From: an uncultured Actinomycetota bacterium
GTDB taxonomy: Bacteria; Actinomycetota; Actinomycetes; Actinomycetales; Demequinaceae
DNA length: 64,000 bases
NCBI GenBank assembly: GCA_963830335.1
Contig: CAWHLX010000006.1
Coordinates: 237,347 to 301,346 of the forward strand
Reading direction: 5' to 3'
A model generated the notes under the pieces. The model saw only the letters and a program-made list of their open reading frames with translations. It was not told where the DNA came from and ran no database searches. Below are positions 9,375 through 18,592 of this stretch, piece by piece (the first letter of the stretch is position 1; each line of letters opens with the position of its first letter). A program made the position numbers and the translations under genes.

Positions 9375-11847
9375 ATGGCATCGGGTATCGCTCGGCGTGC
9401 CTCGTTCCGCGCGACGGCGAGGCCGCCCCCACCAGGGCAACGACTCGCGTCGATTCCACTCGCCGAGGTGGAGAGCAATTGGTACCTCCTGGACGGGCTA
9501 AGCGAGGCCGAGGCGAAGGAACGGCTGGCGAATCGGCCGAACGAGATCGTCGAGGTCAAGACCATCCTCTGCTGAAGTTCCTCGGGTACTTCTGGGGTCC
9601 GATCCCGTGGATGATCGAGGTCGCGGTGATCCTGTCCGGAGTGGTGGGCACTGGGCCGACTTCTCTATCATCTTGGTGCTACTCGTCTCAACGGGTCGTC
9701 GGCTACCCGAGGAGCGCAGGCGGGAACGCATCGACGCGTTGAAGGCCTAGTTGGCGACTACCGCGCGCGTCCGACGGACGGAAAGTGGGTCACCCCCCCG
9801 CGCGCGAGCTGGGCCGGTGACGTGATCCGCCTGCGCCTGGGTGACATCGTCCTGCGGACGCTCGCCTGCTGGACGGCGACGAGGTCGAGGTCGACCAGTC
9901 GGCGCTGCCGGCGAGTCGTTGCCCGCCACCCGCAGGCCGGGGGATGCCGTGTTCTCGGTTCGATCCTGCGTCGCGGCGAGGCCGGCGCGCTCGTCTATGC
10001 CACCGGCGAGCGCACCTACTTCGGCAAGACCGCGGAGCTGGTGCAGAACGTCCACGCGGTCAGCCACTTCCAGCGCGCCGTGCTGAAGATCGGGAACTAC
10101 CTGATCATTCTCGCGGTGGCGTTGGTGACGGTGATCGTGGCCATCTCGCTGCTGCGTGGAACGCGGTCGTCACCACCCTGCAGTTCGCTCTGGTCCTGAC
10201 CGTGGCCGCGATTCCGGTAGCGATGCCGACCGTGCTGTCGGTGACGATGGCCGTCGGCGCGCGTCTGCTCGCCAAGGAGCAAGCGTCTCAGCAGGCTGTT
10301 TCGATCGAGGAGCTGGCGGCGTGGACGTGCTGTGCGCGGACAAGACCGGCACGCTGACGCAGAACAAGCTCACGCTCGGATCCGTTCGCCGTCGCGGGTC
10401 CACCGCCGGCGACGTCATCGTGCATGCCGCGTTGGCGTCGCGCGACGACGATGCCGACCCAATCGACTGGCGGTCCTGGGCGGTCTGACGTCCGCGGATG
10501 CCTGCGCGGCTACCACGTGACCCACTTCCAGCCCTTCGACCCGGTTCACAAGCGCACCGAGGCCACCGTCACTGGCCCGGACGGGAAGGCTTCTCCGTTA
10601 CCAAGGGCGCCCCCCAGGTGATCCTCGACCTCGTCACGGGCGCCGCCAAGGAGAAGCGTGACGCCGAGGCCGCGGTCAACGAATTCGCCGTCAGGGCTTC
10701 CGTTCGCTCGGCGTCGCCGGCGCGATGGGCGCGGCGCGTGGAAGCTCGTGGGAGTCGTCCCGCTGTTCGACCCGCCGCGGACCGACGCCGCGTCAACCAT
10801 CGCGACCGCACGCGCCATCGGCGTGAACATGAAGATGGTGACAGGTGACGCGCCGCGATCGCCAAGGAGACGGCGGTGAAGGTCGGACTCGGCGCGGACA
10901 TCCTCGACGCACGCGAGCTAGGTGATGCGAAGAAGACGGAGACGGCATCGGTCGCCGATTCCATCGAGACGGTCGACGGGTTCGCGCAGGTGTTCCCCGA
11001 ACATAAGTTCCACATCATCGACGTCCTGCAGGGGCGGGGCCACATCGTCGGCATGACCGGCGACGGGGTGAACGACGCTCCCGCGCTGAAGAAGGCGGAT
11101 TGCGGGATCGCCGTGTCCGGGGCTACCGATGCGGCGCGCGCGGCCGCGGACATCGTGCTGCTGGCCCCGGGCCTGTCGGTGATCATCGACGCGATCAAGG
11201 AGAGCCGGCGAATCTTCCAGCGGATGAACAGCTACGCGATGTACCGCATCACGGAGACGCTTCGCGTCCTGTTCTTCATGACCATCGCGATCCTGTTCTT
11301 CAACTTCTACCCCGTGACGGCCGTCATGATCGTCATGCTCGCTTTGCTCAACGACGGCGCGATCCTGTCCATCGCCTACGACAGGGTTCACTACAAGGAC
11401 GAGCCCGAAGCCTGGAACATGCGCCTCGTGCTCGGCATCGCCACGGTCCTTGGTGTCGTGGGGCCGATCGCCGCGTTCGGGTTGTTCTACCTCGGCGACC
11501 GGGTTTTCGACCTCGGTCACCCCCAGCTTCAGACCCTGATGTACCTGATGCTGTCCGTCGCCGGCCACCTGACCATCTTCCTCACCAGGACGCGGGGCCC
11601 GTTCTGGTCCATTCGACCGGCCCGAGCCCTCCTGTTCGCGGTTTTCGGCACGCAGGCCCTCGCGACGCTCATCGCGGTGTATGGGCTCTTCATGACGCCC
11701 CTCGGCTGGGGCTGGGCCGGATTCGTCTGGGTCTACGCGATTGCCTGGGCCCTGGTGAGTGACGGCATCAAGCTCCTTGCCTACCGGATACTTGATCCGC
11801 GCGCCCCGGCGCGTGGGGTGCCCGTCGGCGCGACCGCGGCCCCTTAG
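9375..11847 (+). pseudogene. plasma-membrane-type (type III, H+-ATPase-like) P-type ATPase, heavily decayed
   Basis: ATPase segments are readable in all three + frames, including GLSEAEAKERLANRPNEIVEVKT, LLKFLGYFWGPIPWMIE, GDVIRLRLGDIV, DKTGT at 10339-10353 and [14 protein letters not shown]. There are at least 8 frame changes, and an in-frame TAG at 9748-9750. Only the last 323 aa (10876..11847) are intact. Confidence 0.85.
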
Positions 11848-11884
11848 GCCTTTCGGGCCGGTTGGGTGACTGGCGGGGCGTATG

Positions 11885-11927
11885 GGGCGATCCGCCTCGA
11901 TCGGCGTAGAAGCGAGGCGGATCGCCC
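11885..11927 (+). terminator. strong stem-loop (15-bp perfect stem, 13-nt loop) downstream of the ATPase remnant
   Basis: GGGCGATCCGCCTCG (11885-11899) pairs perfectly with CGAGGCGGATCGCCC (11913-11927). No U-tract follows. Confidence 0.4.
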
Positions 11928-12013
11928 TATAGCGGGCGTCGCGTCGCCGCACGGTAGACTGTCTGGGCCGCCACGGCACGGCCGGCGATCCCCCTCTACG
12001 AAGCGAGTTCCCC

Positions 12014-13915
12014 ATGCCCACGCGCGACGATTTGCGCAACGTCGCCATCGTGGCCCACGTCGACCACGGCAAGACGACGCTCGTCGACGCCATGCTGTGG
12101 CAGGGTGGCGCCTTCGGCGAGCACGCCCACGTCAACGAGCGGGCGATGGACTCGGGAGACCTCGAGCGCGAAAAGGGCATCACGATCCTCGCGAAGAACA
12201 CCGCGATCCGGTACACCGGCGCGGCGGCGGGCAAGAACCCCGTGACGATCAACGTGATCGACACCCCCGGCCACGCGGACTTCGGCGGCGAGGTGGAGCG
12301 CGGGCTCAGCATGGTGGACGGCGTCGTCCTGCTGGTCGACGCGTCCGAGGGTCCCCTCCCGCAGACGCGTTTCGTGCTCCGCAAGGCGCTCGCCGCACAC
12401 CTGCCCGTCATCATCGTCGTCAACAAGGTTGACCGGCCCGACGCCCGCATCGCCGCCGTCGTCGAAGAGACACACGACCTGCTCCTCGGCCTCGCCTCGG
12501 ACCTCCACGACGAGGTCCCCGACCTCGACGTCGACCGGCTCCTTAACGTGCCCGTCGTCTACGCATCGGCGAAGGCCGGCCGCGCCTCCATGGACCAGCC
12601 GGCGGACGGTGAGATGCCGAACCACTCCAACCTCGAGCCGCTCTTCAAGGTCATCCTGGACCGCGTCCCCGCGCCCGTGTACGAGGAGGGCGCCCCGCTG
12701 CAGGCGCACGTCACCAACCTCGACGCCTCCCCGTTCCTCGGCCGCCTCGCGCTGCTGCGCGTGTTCAACGGCACGATTCGCAAGGGCCAGACGGTCGCGT
12801 GGGCCCGCAGGGATGGCACGATCAAGCCCGTCAAGATCACCGAGCTCCTGGAGACCAAGGGCCTGGAGCGCGTCCCGGTGGACAGCGCCGGCCCCGGCGA
12901 CATCGTCGCGGTGGCCGGCATCGAGGACATCACGATCGGCGAGACCCTTACGGATATCGACGACCCCCGCCCCCTTCCCCTCATCACGGTAGACGACCCC
13001 GCGATCTCCATGACCGTCGGCATCAACACGTCCCCGCTCGCAGGCCGGACCAAGGGCGGCAAGGTTACCGCCCGTCAGGTCAAGGACCGCCTGGACCGCG
13101 AACTCGTCGGCAACGTCTCGATCCGCGTCCTGCCCACCGACCGCCCCGACTCGTGGGAGGTCCAGGGGCGCGGGGAGCTCGCGCTCGCAATCCTCGTGGA
13201 GCAGATGCGGCGCGAGGGCTTCGAGCTCACGGTGGGCAAACCCCAGGTCGTGACCAAGATGGTGGGCGGACACGTCCACGAGCCGATGGAGCACCTCACC
13301 GTGGACGTCCCGGAGGAGCACCTCGGGACGGTCACGCAGCTCCTTGCGGGCCGCAAGGGCCGCATGACCACCATGTCGAACCACGGCACCGGCTGGGTTC
13401 GCATGGAGTTCCTGGTTCCCGCTCGAGGCCTCATCGGGTTCCGCTCCGTCTTCCTGACGGACACGCGCGGCACGGGCATCGCCTCGTCGATCGCCCAGGG
13501 GTACGAGCGCTGGTTCGGCCCCATCGAGTACAGGAACTCGGGCTCGCTCGTCGCCGACCGTCCCGGCCCCGTGACGCCCAATGCCCTCACCACGCTCCAG
13601 GACCGCGGCACGTTCTTCGTGCAGCCGACGCAGGAGGTCTACGAGGGCATGATCGTCGGCGAGAACGCGCGGAACGAAGACATGGACGTCAACATCACCA
13701 AGGAGAAGCAGCTCACGAACATTCGCTCGTCCACGAGCGACAACTTCGAGAGCCTCACCCCGCCGCGCCGCCTCACGCTCGAGGAGTGCCTGGACTTTGC
13801 CCGTGAGGACGAGTGCGTCGAGGTGACGCCGGAGTTCGTGCGGCTCCGCAAGGTCATCCTCGAAAAGGCGACCCGCGGGCGCGCCACGGCGCGCCTCAAG
13901 AAGGCCGGGGCGTAG
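12014..13915 (+). CDS. typA: translational GTPase TypA/BipA
   Basis: Has the G1 motif [21 protein letters not shown] and NKVD. The 633-aa length is typical. Confidence 0.95.
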   Translation: MPTRDDLRNVAIVAHVDHGKTTLVDAMLWQGGAFGEHAHVNERAMDSGDLEREKGITILAKNTAIRYTGAAAGKNPVTINVIDTPGHADFGGEVERGLSMVDGVVLLVDASEGPLPQTRFVLRKALAAHLPVIIVVNKVDRPDARIAAVVEETHDLLLGLASDLHDEVPDLDVDRLLNVPVVYASAKAGRASMDQPADGEMPNHSNLEPLFKVILDRVPAPVYEEGAPLQAHVTNLDASPFLGRLALLRVFNGTIRKGQTVAWARRDGTIKPVKITELLETKGLERVPVDSAGPGDIVAVAGIEDITIGETLTDIDDPRPLPLITVDDPAISMTVGINTSPLAGRTKGGKVTARQVKDRLDRELVGNVSIRVLPTDRPDSWEVQGRGELALAILVEQMRREGFELTVGKPQVVTKMVGGHVHEPMEHLTVDVPEEHLGTVTQLLAGRKGRMTTMSNHGTGWVRMEFLVPARGLIGFRSVFLTDTRGTGIASSIAQGYERWFGPIEYRNSGSLVADRPGPVTPNALTTLQDRGTFFVQPTQEVYEGMIVGENARNEDMDVNITKEKQLTNIRSSTSDNFESLTPPRRLTLEECLDFAREDECVEVTPEFVRLRKVILEKATRGRATARLKKAGA

Positions 13916-13951
13916 CAGCCTCGCTTCCGACCCGCCGCGCGGCCGTACGAT

Positions 13952-14680
13952 GTGGGCGTGGCTCAGGGAACGAGTTTCGGCGCGGCGGCGGACGCCTATG
14001 AGGCGGGCCGCCCTGAGTACCCCGCCGAGGCCGTCGCTTGGATGCTCGAGGGCACCGAGGGCACCGTCCTCGACCTCGGCGCGGGCACGGGCAAGCTCAC
14101 CCGCGGCGTCCTGGCGCTGGGGCGCGACGCCATCGCGATTGATCCCGACGCGGCCATGCTGGCGAGGCTCACGAGCGAACTCCCCGGCGTTCGCGCCGTG
14201 GTGGGGACCGCCGAGGAGATCCCGCTACCCGACGCGAGCGTCGGCGCCGTCGTGCTTGGCCAGGCCTGGCACTGGGTGGACATCCCTCGCGCGTCGCGCG
14301 AGGCGGCGCGCGTGCTGGCTTCATCAGGGATGCTCGGCCTGATCTGGAACGTCCGCGACGAGAGCGAGCCGTGGGTCGCGGCGCTCACGGGGGCGATGCA
14401 TGGATCCGTCGCCGAGGAGCTCATCGCCGCGGGCGGGCCGACCGTCGCCGCGCCCTTCGGGCCGCCGGAGGGACTCCGCGTCGAGTGGTCGCGGCCGATG
14501 ACGCGCGACGCGATCGAGGCGATGGTGCGTTCCCGCAGCTACTACATTGAGGCCGACGCGGCGGGTCGAGCTGAGGTCGAGGCGCGCGTGCGCGAAGTGC
14601 TAGATGGCGTTCCCGGCTTGGCGACGGGGGGTACCGTCGCGGTGCCGTACGTGACCGCGGCGTATCGCGCCCGACGCTGA
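13952..14680 (+). CDS. class I SAM-dependent methyltransferase
   Basis: SAM-binding motif VLDLGAGTGKLT. The start (GTG 13952 or 13958) is uncertain. Confidence 0.75.
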   Translation: MGVAQGTSFGAAADAYEAGRPEYPAEAVAWMLEGTEGTVLDLGAGTGKLTRGVLALGRDAIAIDPDAAMLARLTSELPGVRAVVGTAEEIPLPDASVGAVVLGQAWHWVDIPRASREAARVLASSGMLGLIWNVRDESEPWVAALTGAMHGSVAEELIAAGGPTVAAPFGPPEGLRVEWSRPMTRDAIEAMVRSRSYYIEADAAGRAEVEARVREVLDGVPGLATGGTVAVPYVTAAYRARR

Positions 14681-14712
14681 TTGTTGGGGGCCGGGCCGCC
14701 CGCGCCCCGAAG

Positions 14713-14785
14713 CTCCCCCGACTGGACTCGAACCAGTAACCTGCCGATTAACAGTCGGCTGCTCTGCCAATTGAGCTACGGAGGA
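14713..14785 (-). tRNA. tRNA-Asn (anticodon GTT)
   Basis: I folded the cloverleaf by hand on the reverse complement: acceptor TCCTCCG/CGGGGGA, anticodon loop CTGTTAA, T-loop TTCGAGT, 73 nt. Confidence 0.9.
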
Positions 14786-14870
14786 TCGCGAGGCACCACT
14801 GTACCGGATCGGGCCGAGCGGCACGATCACCCCGGAATCCGGTTCGGGGCTCGGCACTCATGCAACTGTT

Positions 14871-14905
14871 AACGGCGTCGAAACATGACCGAAACCTGAA
14901 ATCTA
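14871..14905 (+). promoter_or_regulatory. candidate GlnR-type box upstream of amt
   Basis: GTTAAC-ggcgtc-GAAAC-atgacc-GAAAC-ct-GAAAT resembles the actinobacterial GlnR pattern gTnAc-n6-GaAAc. It sits in a locally AT-rich patch 77-111 nt upstream of the amt start. Confidence 0.4.
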
Positions 14906-14981
14906 TACGCTCGGCATCGCGCGTAGGAGTGCTCCGGGCAGCAGGGTCCGGGCCAGGTGCGCGCACGGAAGGAAGCGACCC

Positions 14982-16217
14982 GTGAGCTTCGACACCGGCG
15001 ACACCGCATGGATGCTTCTCTGCACGGCCCTCGTGCTCCTGATGTCCCCAGGCCTGGCGATCTTCTACGCGGGCATGGTTCGCGCCAAGAACACCCTCGC
15101 AATGCTCATGTACTCCTTCGGCGCCCTCGCGGTGATCTCCGTGACGTGGACCCTGGTGGGCTTCACGCTCGCCTTCGGGCCCGACGCCGGTTCGGGCCTC
15201 ATCGGCGGTCTTGACTTCCTCGGGCTTCGCCACATCAACGATGCCGGCGCCTTCACCTACAGCTTCCCGCCCGCCGCCTTCGTCATGTTCCAGATGATGT
15301 TCGCGGTCATCACGGGCGCGCTCATCACGGGCGCGGGCGCGGATCGCATGCGCTTCAGCTCGGTACTCGTGTTCCTGTCGCTGTGGTCCGTCTTCGTGTA
15401 TCCGGTGCTTGCGCACTGGGCGTGGGGGACAGACGGCTGGATGGCGAAGTGGGGTGTCCTGGACTTCGCGGGGGGCACGGTGGTGGAGATCTGCTCCGGG
15501 GCCTCCGCGCTCGCCCTCGCCGCCGTCCTCGGGCGGCGCCAGGGCTGGCCAAAGGAGCTGATGCAGCCCCACAACCTGCCCCTGACGATCCTCGGCGCGG
15601 GGCTCCTGTGGTTCGGATGGATTGGCTTCAACGCCGGGTCCGCCCTCTCCGCTGGCGCCGACGCCGCCGCCGCCGCGCTCGGGACGCACCTTTCTGGGGT
15701 GGGGGGCATCCTCGGCTGGCTCATCGTCGAGCGCTGGCGCGTCGGCAAACCCACGGCGCTCGGCGCCGCCACCGGCGCCGTCGGCGGCCTCGTGGCGATC
15801 ACGCCGGCCGCGGGCTTCCTCGACCCGCTCCCCGCGCTCCTGCTCGGCGTCGTCGCCGGAATGGCGTGCTTCTGGGGGCTCAGGGTCAAGTTCCGCCTCA
15901 AGATCGACGACTCGCTCGACGTCCTCGCCGTCCACTACGTCGGCGGCGTCGTCGGGATGCTCTTCATCGGCCTCTTCGCCCGCGCGCTCCTCGCCAACGG
16001 CGGCGCGAGTGTCGGTTTGCTCAACGGGGGAGGGGCGGAGCAACTCGGCAAGCAATTGGTCGCGATTCTCGCGGCCTCCGCGTTCGCCTTCCTCGTGAGC
16101 TACGGGCTCGCGTGGCTCGTCCGCGCCGCCATAGGCCTGAGGGTTTCGGACAAGCACGAATACGACGGGCTCGATTACTCGCAGCACGGCGAGAGCGCGT
16201 ACGAGATAGTGAACTGA
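14982..16217 (+). CDS. amt: ammonium transporter (Amt family)
   Basis: The N-terminus DTAWMLLCTALVLLMSPGLAIFYAGMVRAKN is an Amt signature. It is 411 aa and polytopic. Confidence 0.93.
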   Translation: MSFDTGDTAWMLLCTALVLLMSPGLAIFYAGMVRAKNTLAMLMYSFGALAVISVTWTLVGFTLAFGPDAGSGLIGGLDFLGLRHINDAGAFTYSFPPAAFVMFQMMFAVITGALITGAGADRMRFSSVLVFLSLWSVFVYPVLAHWAWGTDGWMAKWGVLDFAGGTVVEICSGASALALAAVLGRRQGWPKELMQPHNLPLTILGAGLLWFGWIGFNAGSALSAGADAAAAALGTHLSGVGGILGWLIVERWRVGKPTALGAATGAVGGLVAITPAAGFLDPLPALLLGVVAGMACFWGLRVKFRLKIDDSLDVLAVHYVGGVVGMLFIGLFARALLANGGASVGLLNGGGAEQLGKQLVAILAASAFAFLVSYGLAWLVRAAIGLRVSDKHEYDGLDYSQHGESAYEIVN

Positions 16218-16299
16218 CCCGAGCGATGTCGCGGCGGCCACTCCCGTCCCGCGCGTCCGCGTACGCTGGTCCGGGACACCTCCGGGCCAACACGCCCCG

Positions 16300-16373
16300 G
16301 GGCCAGTAGCTCAGCCGGTTAGAGCAACGGACTCATAATCCGTCGGTCGTGGGTTCGAGCCCCACCTGGCCCA
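16300..16373 (+). tRNA. tRNA with CAT anticodon (elongator Met; Ile-lysidine type not excluded)
   Basis: Cloverleaf folded by hand: acceptor GGGCCAG/CTGGCCC, anticodon loop CTCATAA, T-loop TTCGAGC, 74 nt. Confidence 0.85.
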
Positions 16374-16403
16374 CCGATCGACTTGGGCACAGTGCTCGCG
16401 CGC

Positions 16404-17024
16404 CTACGAGCCCGCGCGGGGCAGCGACCGTGCCGTAAGGCCATCGAACGCACGCTGGGCGAGGGCCGCCGCGTCGGCGGCGCCCAGCAGCCGACGGAAC
16501 GTCTGGTGGGCGAGGAGGATTCCCCAGCACTCGTACGCGTACTGACGCGTGTCGAGGTCGGGGGCGAAGTGGCCCTCCGCGACCGCGATGTCCGCGGCCC
16601 TGGTCGAGACCCCGATCATCCGTTCGATGTATTCCTGGATCCGGTCGTGGACGGGTCCAGGCCGGTCGTCGAATTCGGTGGCGGCTGCGATGAGGGGGCA
16701 GCCGCCCGGGTACTCCTTGTCTTCCCACTCGATCCAATGGGAGAACAGTCGTTCGATGCGCGGGAGGCCGCGGGACGCCTCAAACGCGGGACGGAGGACG
16801 ACGTTGTTGAAGCGCTCGGCCGCGGCATCGAGGATCGCGCATTGGAGCGCCTCCTTGGAGTCGAAGTGGGCGTACAGTCCGCTCTTCGACATCCCCGCCT
16901 GCGTCGCGAGGTCTCCGATGGTGACGGCCTCGAGCCCGATCTCGCTCGTGAGGTCCTGGGCGATGCGCAGGATCTCCTCGCGTGTCCGCTGGCCCTTGGT
17001 CAGCGTCGGTTCAGCTTCCGCCAT
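16404..17024 (-). CDS. TetR/AcrR family transcriptional regulator
   Basis: HTH region REEILRIAQDLTSEIGLEAVTIGDLATQAGMSKSGLYAHFDSKEAL. I chose the start at ATG 17024 because the longer ORF-track N-terminus is Arg/His-rich artefact. Confidence 0.85.
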   Translation of the reverse strand: MAEAEPTLTKGQRTREEILRIAQDLTSEIGLEAVTIGDLATQAGMSKSGLYAHFDSKEALQCAILDAAAERFNNVVLRPAFEASRGLPRIERLFSHWIEWEDKEYPGGCPLIAAATEFDDRPGPVHDRIQEYIERMIGVSTRAADIAVAEGHFAPDLDTRQYAYECWGILLAHQTFRRLLGAADAAALAQRAFDGLTARSLPRAGS

Positions 17025-17230
17025 CAGTCCCGTCCGTACGAGAGGTCCTTTTCGAGTTCGGCGGGCGTGAGGTCGATGTCGAAGGAGTGCCGCGCCCGTC
17101 GCCCCATCGTACGCGGGGGACGAGGGGCGGAGCCCTGTGGCTTCGCGGCTTCGGTCGGTTCGGACGAGGCGTCGGGGTCGGGCGCCTCCGCCGGATCGGT
17201 CGTGATCTTGATGTGGGTGGTCTGGGACAT
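17024..17230 (-). CDS. possible small (68 aa) acidic/Pro-rich protein, stop overlapping the TetR start by 1 nt
   Basis: ORF with TGATG stop/start overlap. No recognisable domain, and the composition is partly low-complexity. Confidence 0.3.
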   Translation of the reverse strand: MSQTTHIKITTDPAEAPDPDASSEPTEAAKPQGSAPRPPRTMGRRARHSFDIDLTPAELEKDLSYGRD

Positions 17231-17406
17231 GATGGCGCTCCGTCTTCGCGTGTCTTGCCGGGGCGGGACCCACGTCGCGCCTCGTCTCGCCCAAAGAATA
17301 GCACGACCGTTCGGTCTATTGCGGGGGTGAGGGGCACAGTCGAGCGCGCGGCCCTTTGCGGACCTCTGCCGCCCGTGGCGTCCGTCCGCGGTGATAGCGT
17401 CGGCGA

Positions 17407-17712
17407 GTGGCCGACGAACTGAGATTCACCGCGCGGGTGTTCACGACGCCGGGGGACGGAGCGTGGCACATGGTCGCGCTTCCCGAGGGCCTGTCCGATG
17501 AGATCGAGGCGCGCTACGCCGGGCCGCGGCGGGGCTTCGGCGCCGTGCGGGTCAAGGCGCGGATCGGCGCGACGACCTGGGGCACGTCGATCTTCCCCAG
17601 TCGGTCGAGCGGGGCCTACGTCATGGGCATCAAGCGCGCGGTCCGCGAGGCGGAGGGCATCGACGAGGATGCACGGGTCCAGGTCTCCCTGGAGATTCCC
17701 GACCTCCGGTAG
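17407..17712 (+). CDS. DUF1905 domain-containing protein
   Basis: FTARVFTTPGDGAWHMVALPEGLSDEIE...RVKARIGATTWGTSIFP matches my memory of the DUF1905 family pattern. Confidence 0.7.
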   Translation: MADELRFTARVFTTPGDGAWHMVALPEGLSDEIEARYAGPRRGFGAVRVKARIGATTWGTSIFPSRSSGAYVMGIKRAVREAEGIDEDARVQVSLEIPDLR

Positions 17713-17782
17713 GCGGCCCACGCGGACCGCATGCTCGACTACCATGGCCGGATTCGCTGGACCTTCCGAGCGGGGGAGTGAC

Positions 17783-18592
17783 ATGGTCGCAGGTGCCAGC
17801 CGGAGCACAGTCGTGGCACGGTTGCGCGCCGCGGGGTGCGTGTTCGCGGAAGACGAGGCCCGGCTCATCGGCGACGCGGGGTTGACGCGTGCTGAGCGAG
17901 AGCGCCTGGTCAGGCGGCGCGTCGCGGGCGAGCCGCTCGAGTACCTCCTCGGTTGGGCGGAGTTCTGCGGGCTCCGGATCTCCGTGACCCCCGGCGTGTT
18001 CGTGCCGCGGCGTCGGACGGAGGCGCTCGTGGGCGAGGCCGTGCGGCTACTCGCTCCGGTCGCCGACGCCGGCCCTGTCGCCAACGCCAGCCCCGTGGCC
18101 CTCGACCTCTGTTGCGGGTCGGGCGCGATCGCCGCTGCGATCCTGACCCTGGCGCCTTCGGCCGAGGTCTACGCCACCGACATCGACCCCGCTGCGGTGG
18201 ACTGCGCGCGGGGCAACGTAGAGCCCGCGGGCGGGAGGGTGTTCGAGGGCGACCTCTTCGACGCGCTTCCCCCCGACCTCAGGGGGCGAGTCTCCGTCGT
18301 CGTAGCGAACGCCCCCTACGTTCCCACCTATGCGATCCGCCTCATGCCCCCGGAGGCCCGCGACCACGAGCATCGGGTCGCGCTCGACGGCGGGCCCGAT
18401 GGCACCGACCTCCACCGGAGGATCGCCGCAGGGGCGCCGACGTGGCTCGCTCCCGGCGGGCACGTGCTGATCGAGACGGGCAGGGCGCAGGCCCCGGCCA
18501 CCGCGCGCCACATGGCGGAGGCGGGGCTCGCCGTCCGCATTGTCGAGAACGACGAGTACGACGCGACCGTCGCTATCGGCCGCGCGCCCTAG
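17783..18592 (+). CDS. PrmC-related putative protein-(glutamine-N5) methyltransferase (actinobacterial TIGR03704-like)
   Basis: Contains EPLEYLLGWAEFCGLRISVTPGVFVPRRRTE, the SAM motif DLCCGSGAI and the catalytic-type motif NAPY (VVANAPYVP). The start is the ATG at 17783 within the longer ORF. Confidence 0.75.
   Translation: MVAGASRSTVVARLRAAGCVFAEDEARLIGDAGLTRAERERLVRRRVAGEPLEYLLGWAEFCGLRISVTPGVFVPRRRTEALVGEAVRLLAPVADAGPVANASPVALDLCCGSGAIAAAILTLAPSAEVYATDIDPAAVDCARGNVEPAGGRVFEGDLFDALPPDLRGRVSVVVANAPYVPTYAIRLMPPEARDHEHRVALDGGPDGTDLHRRIAAGAPTWLAPGGHVLIETGRAQAPATARHMAEAGLAVRIVENDEYDATVAIGRAP

Noticed and set aside
8489-9565. A 358-aa minus-strand ORF spanning the unannotatable region upstream of the ATPase remnant
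   Set aside because: The translation is dominated by Arg/Ala/Glu/Pro runs with no domain-like segment, and it runs into the ATPase N-terminal coding region on the other strand. I treat it as non-coding, although a short stretch (..RESRWQGNRFVEITTAGW..) could be debris of an older gene.
9375-11847. ATPase frameshifts considered as more of the same +1 sequencing artefacts
   Set aside because: The lesions include an in-frame TAG, deletions as well as insertions, and indels outside homopolymers. This spectrum differs from the single-insertion breaks elsewhere.
14895-14915. AmtR-type (corynebacterial TetR-family) operator upstream of amt, given the TetR gene nearby at 16404..17024
   Set aside because: Only a CTAT half-site (aaatCTATAc) is present, without the ATAG partner. 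The nearby TetR protein shows no specific resemblance to AmtR beyond the generic HTH.
14713-16373. amt bracketed by two tRNA genes considered as a tRNA-targeted genomic island
   Set aside because: There is no integrase, no direct repeat of either tRNA 3' end that I could see, and the amt codon usage looks native.
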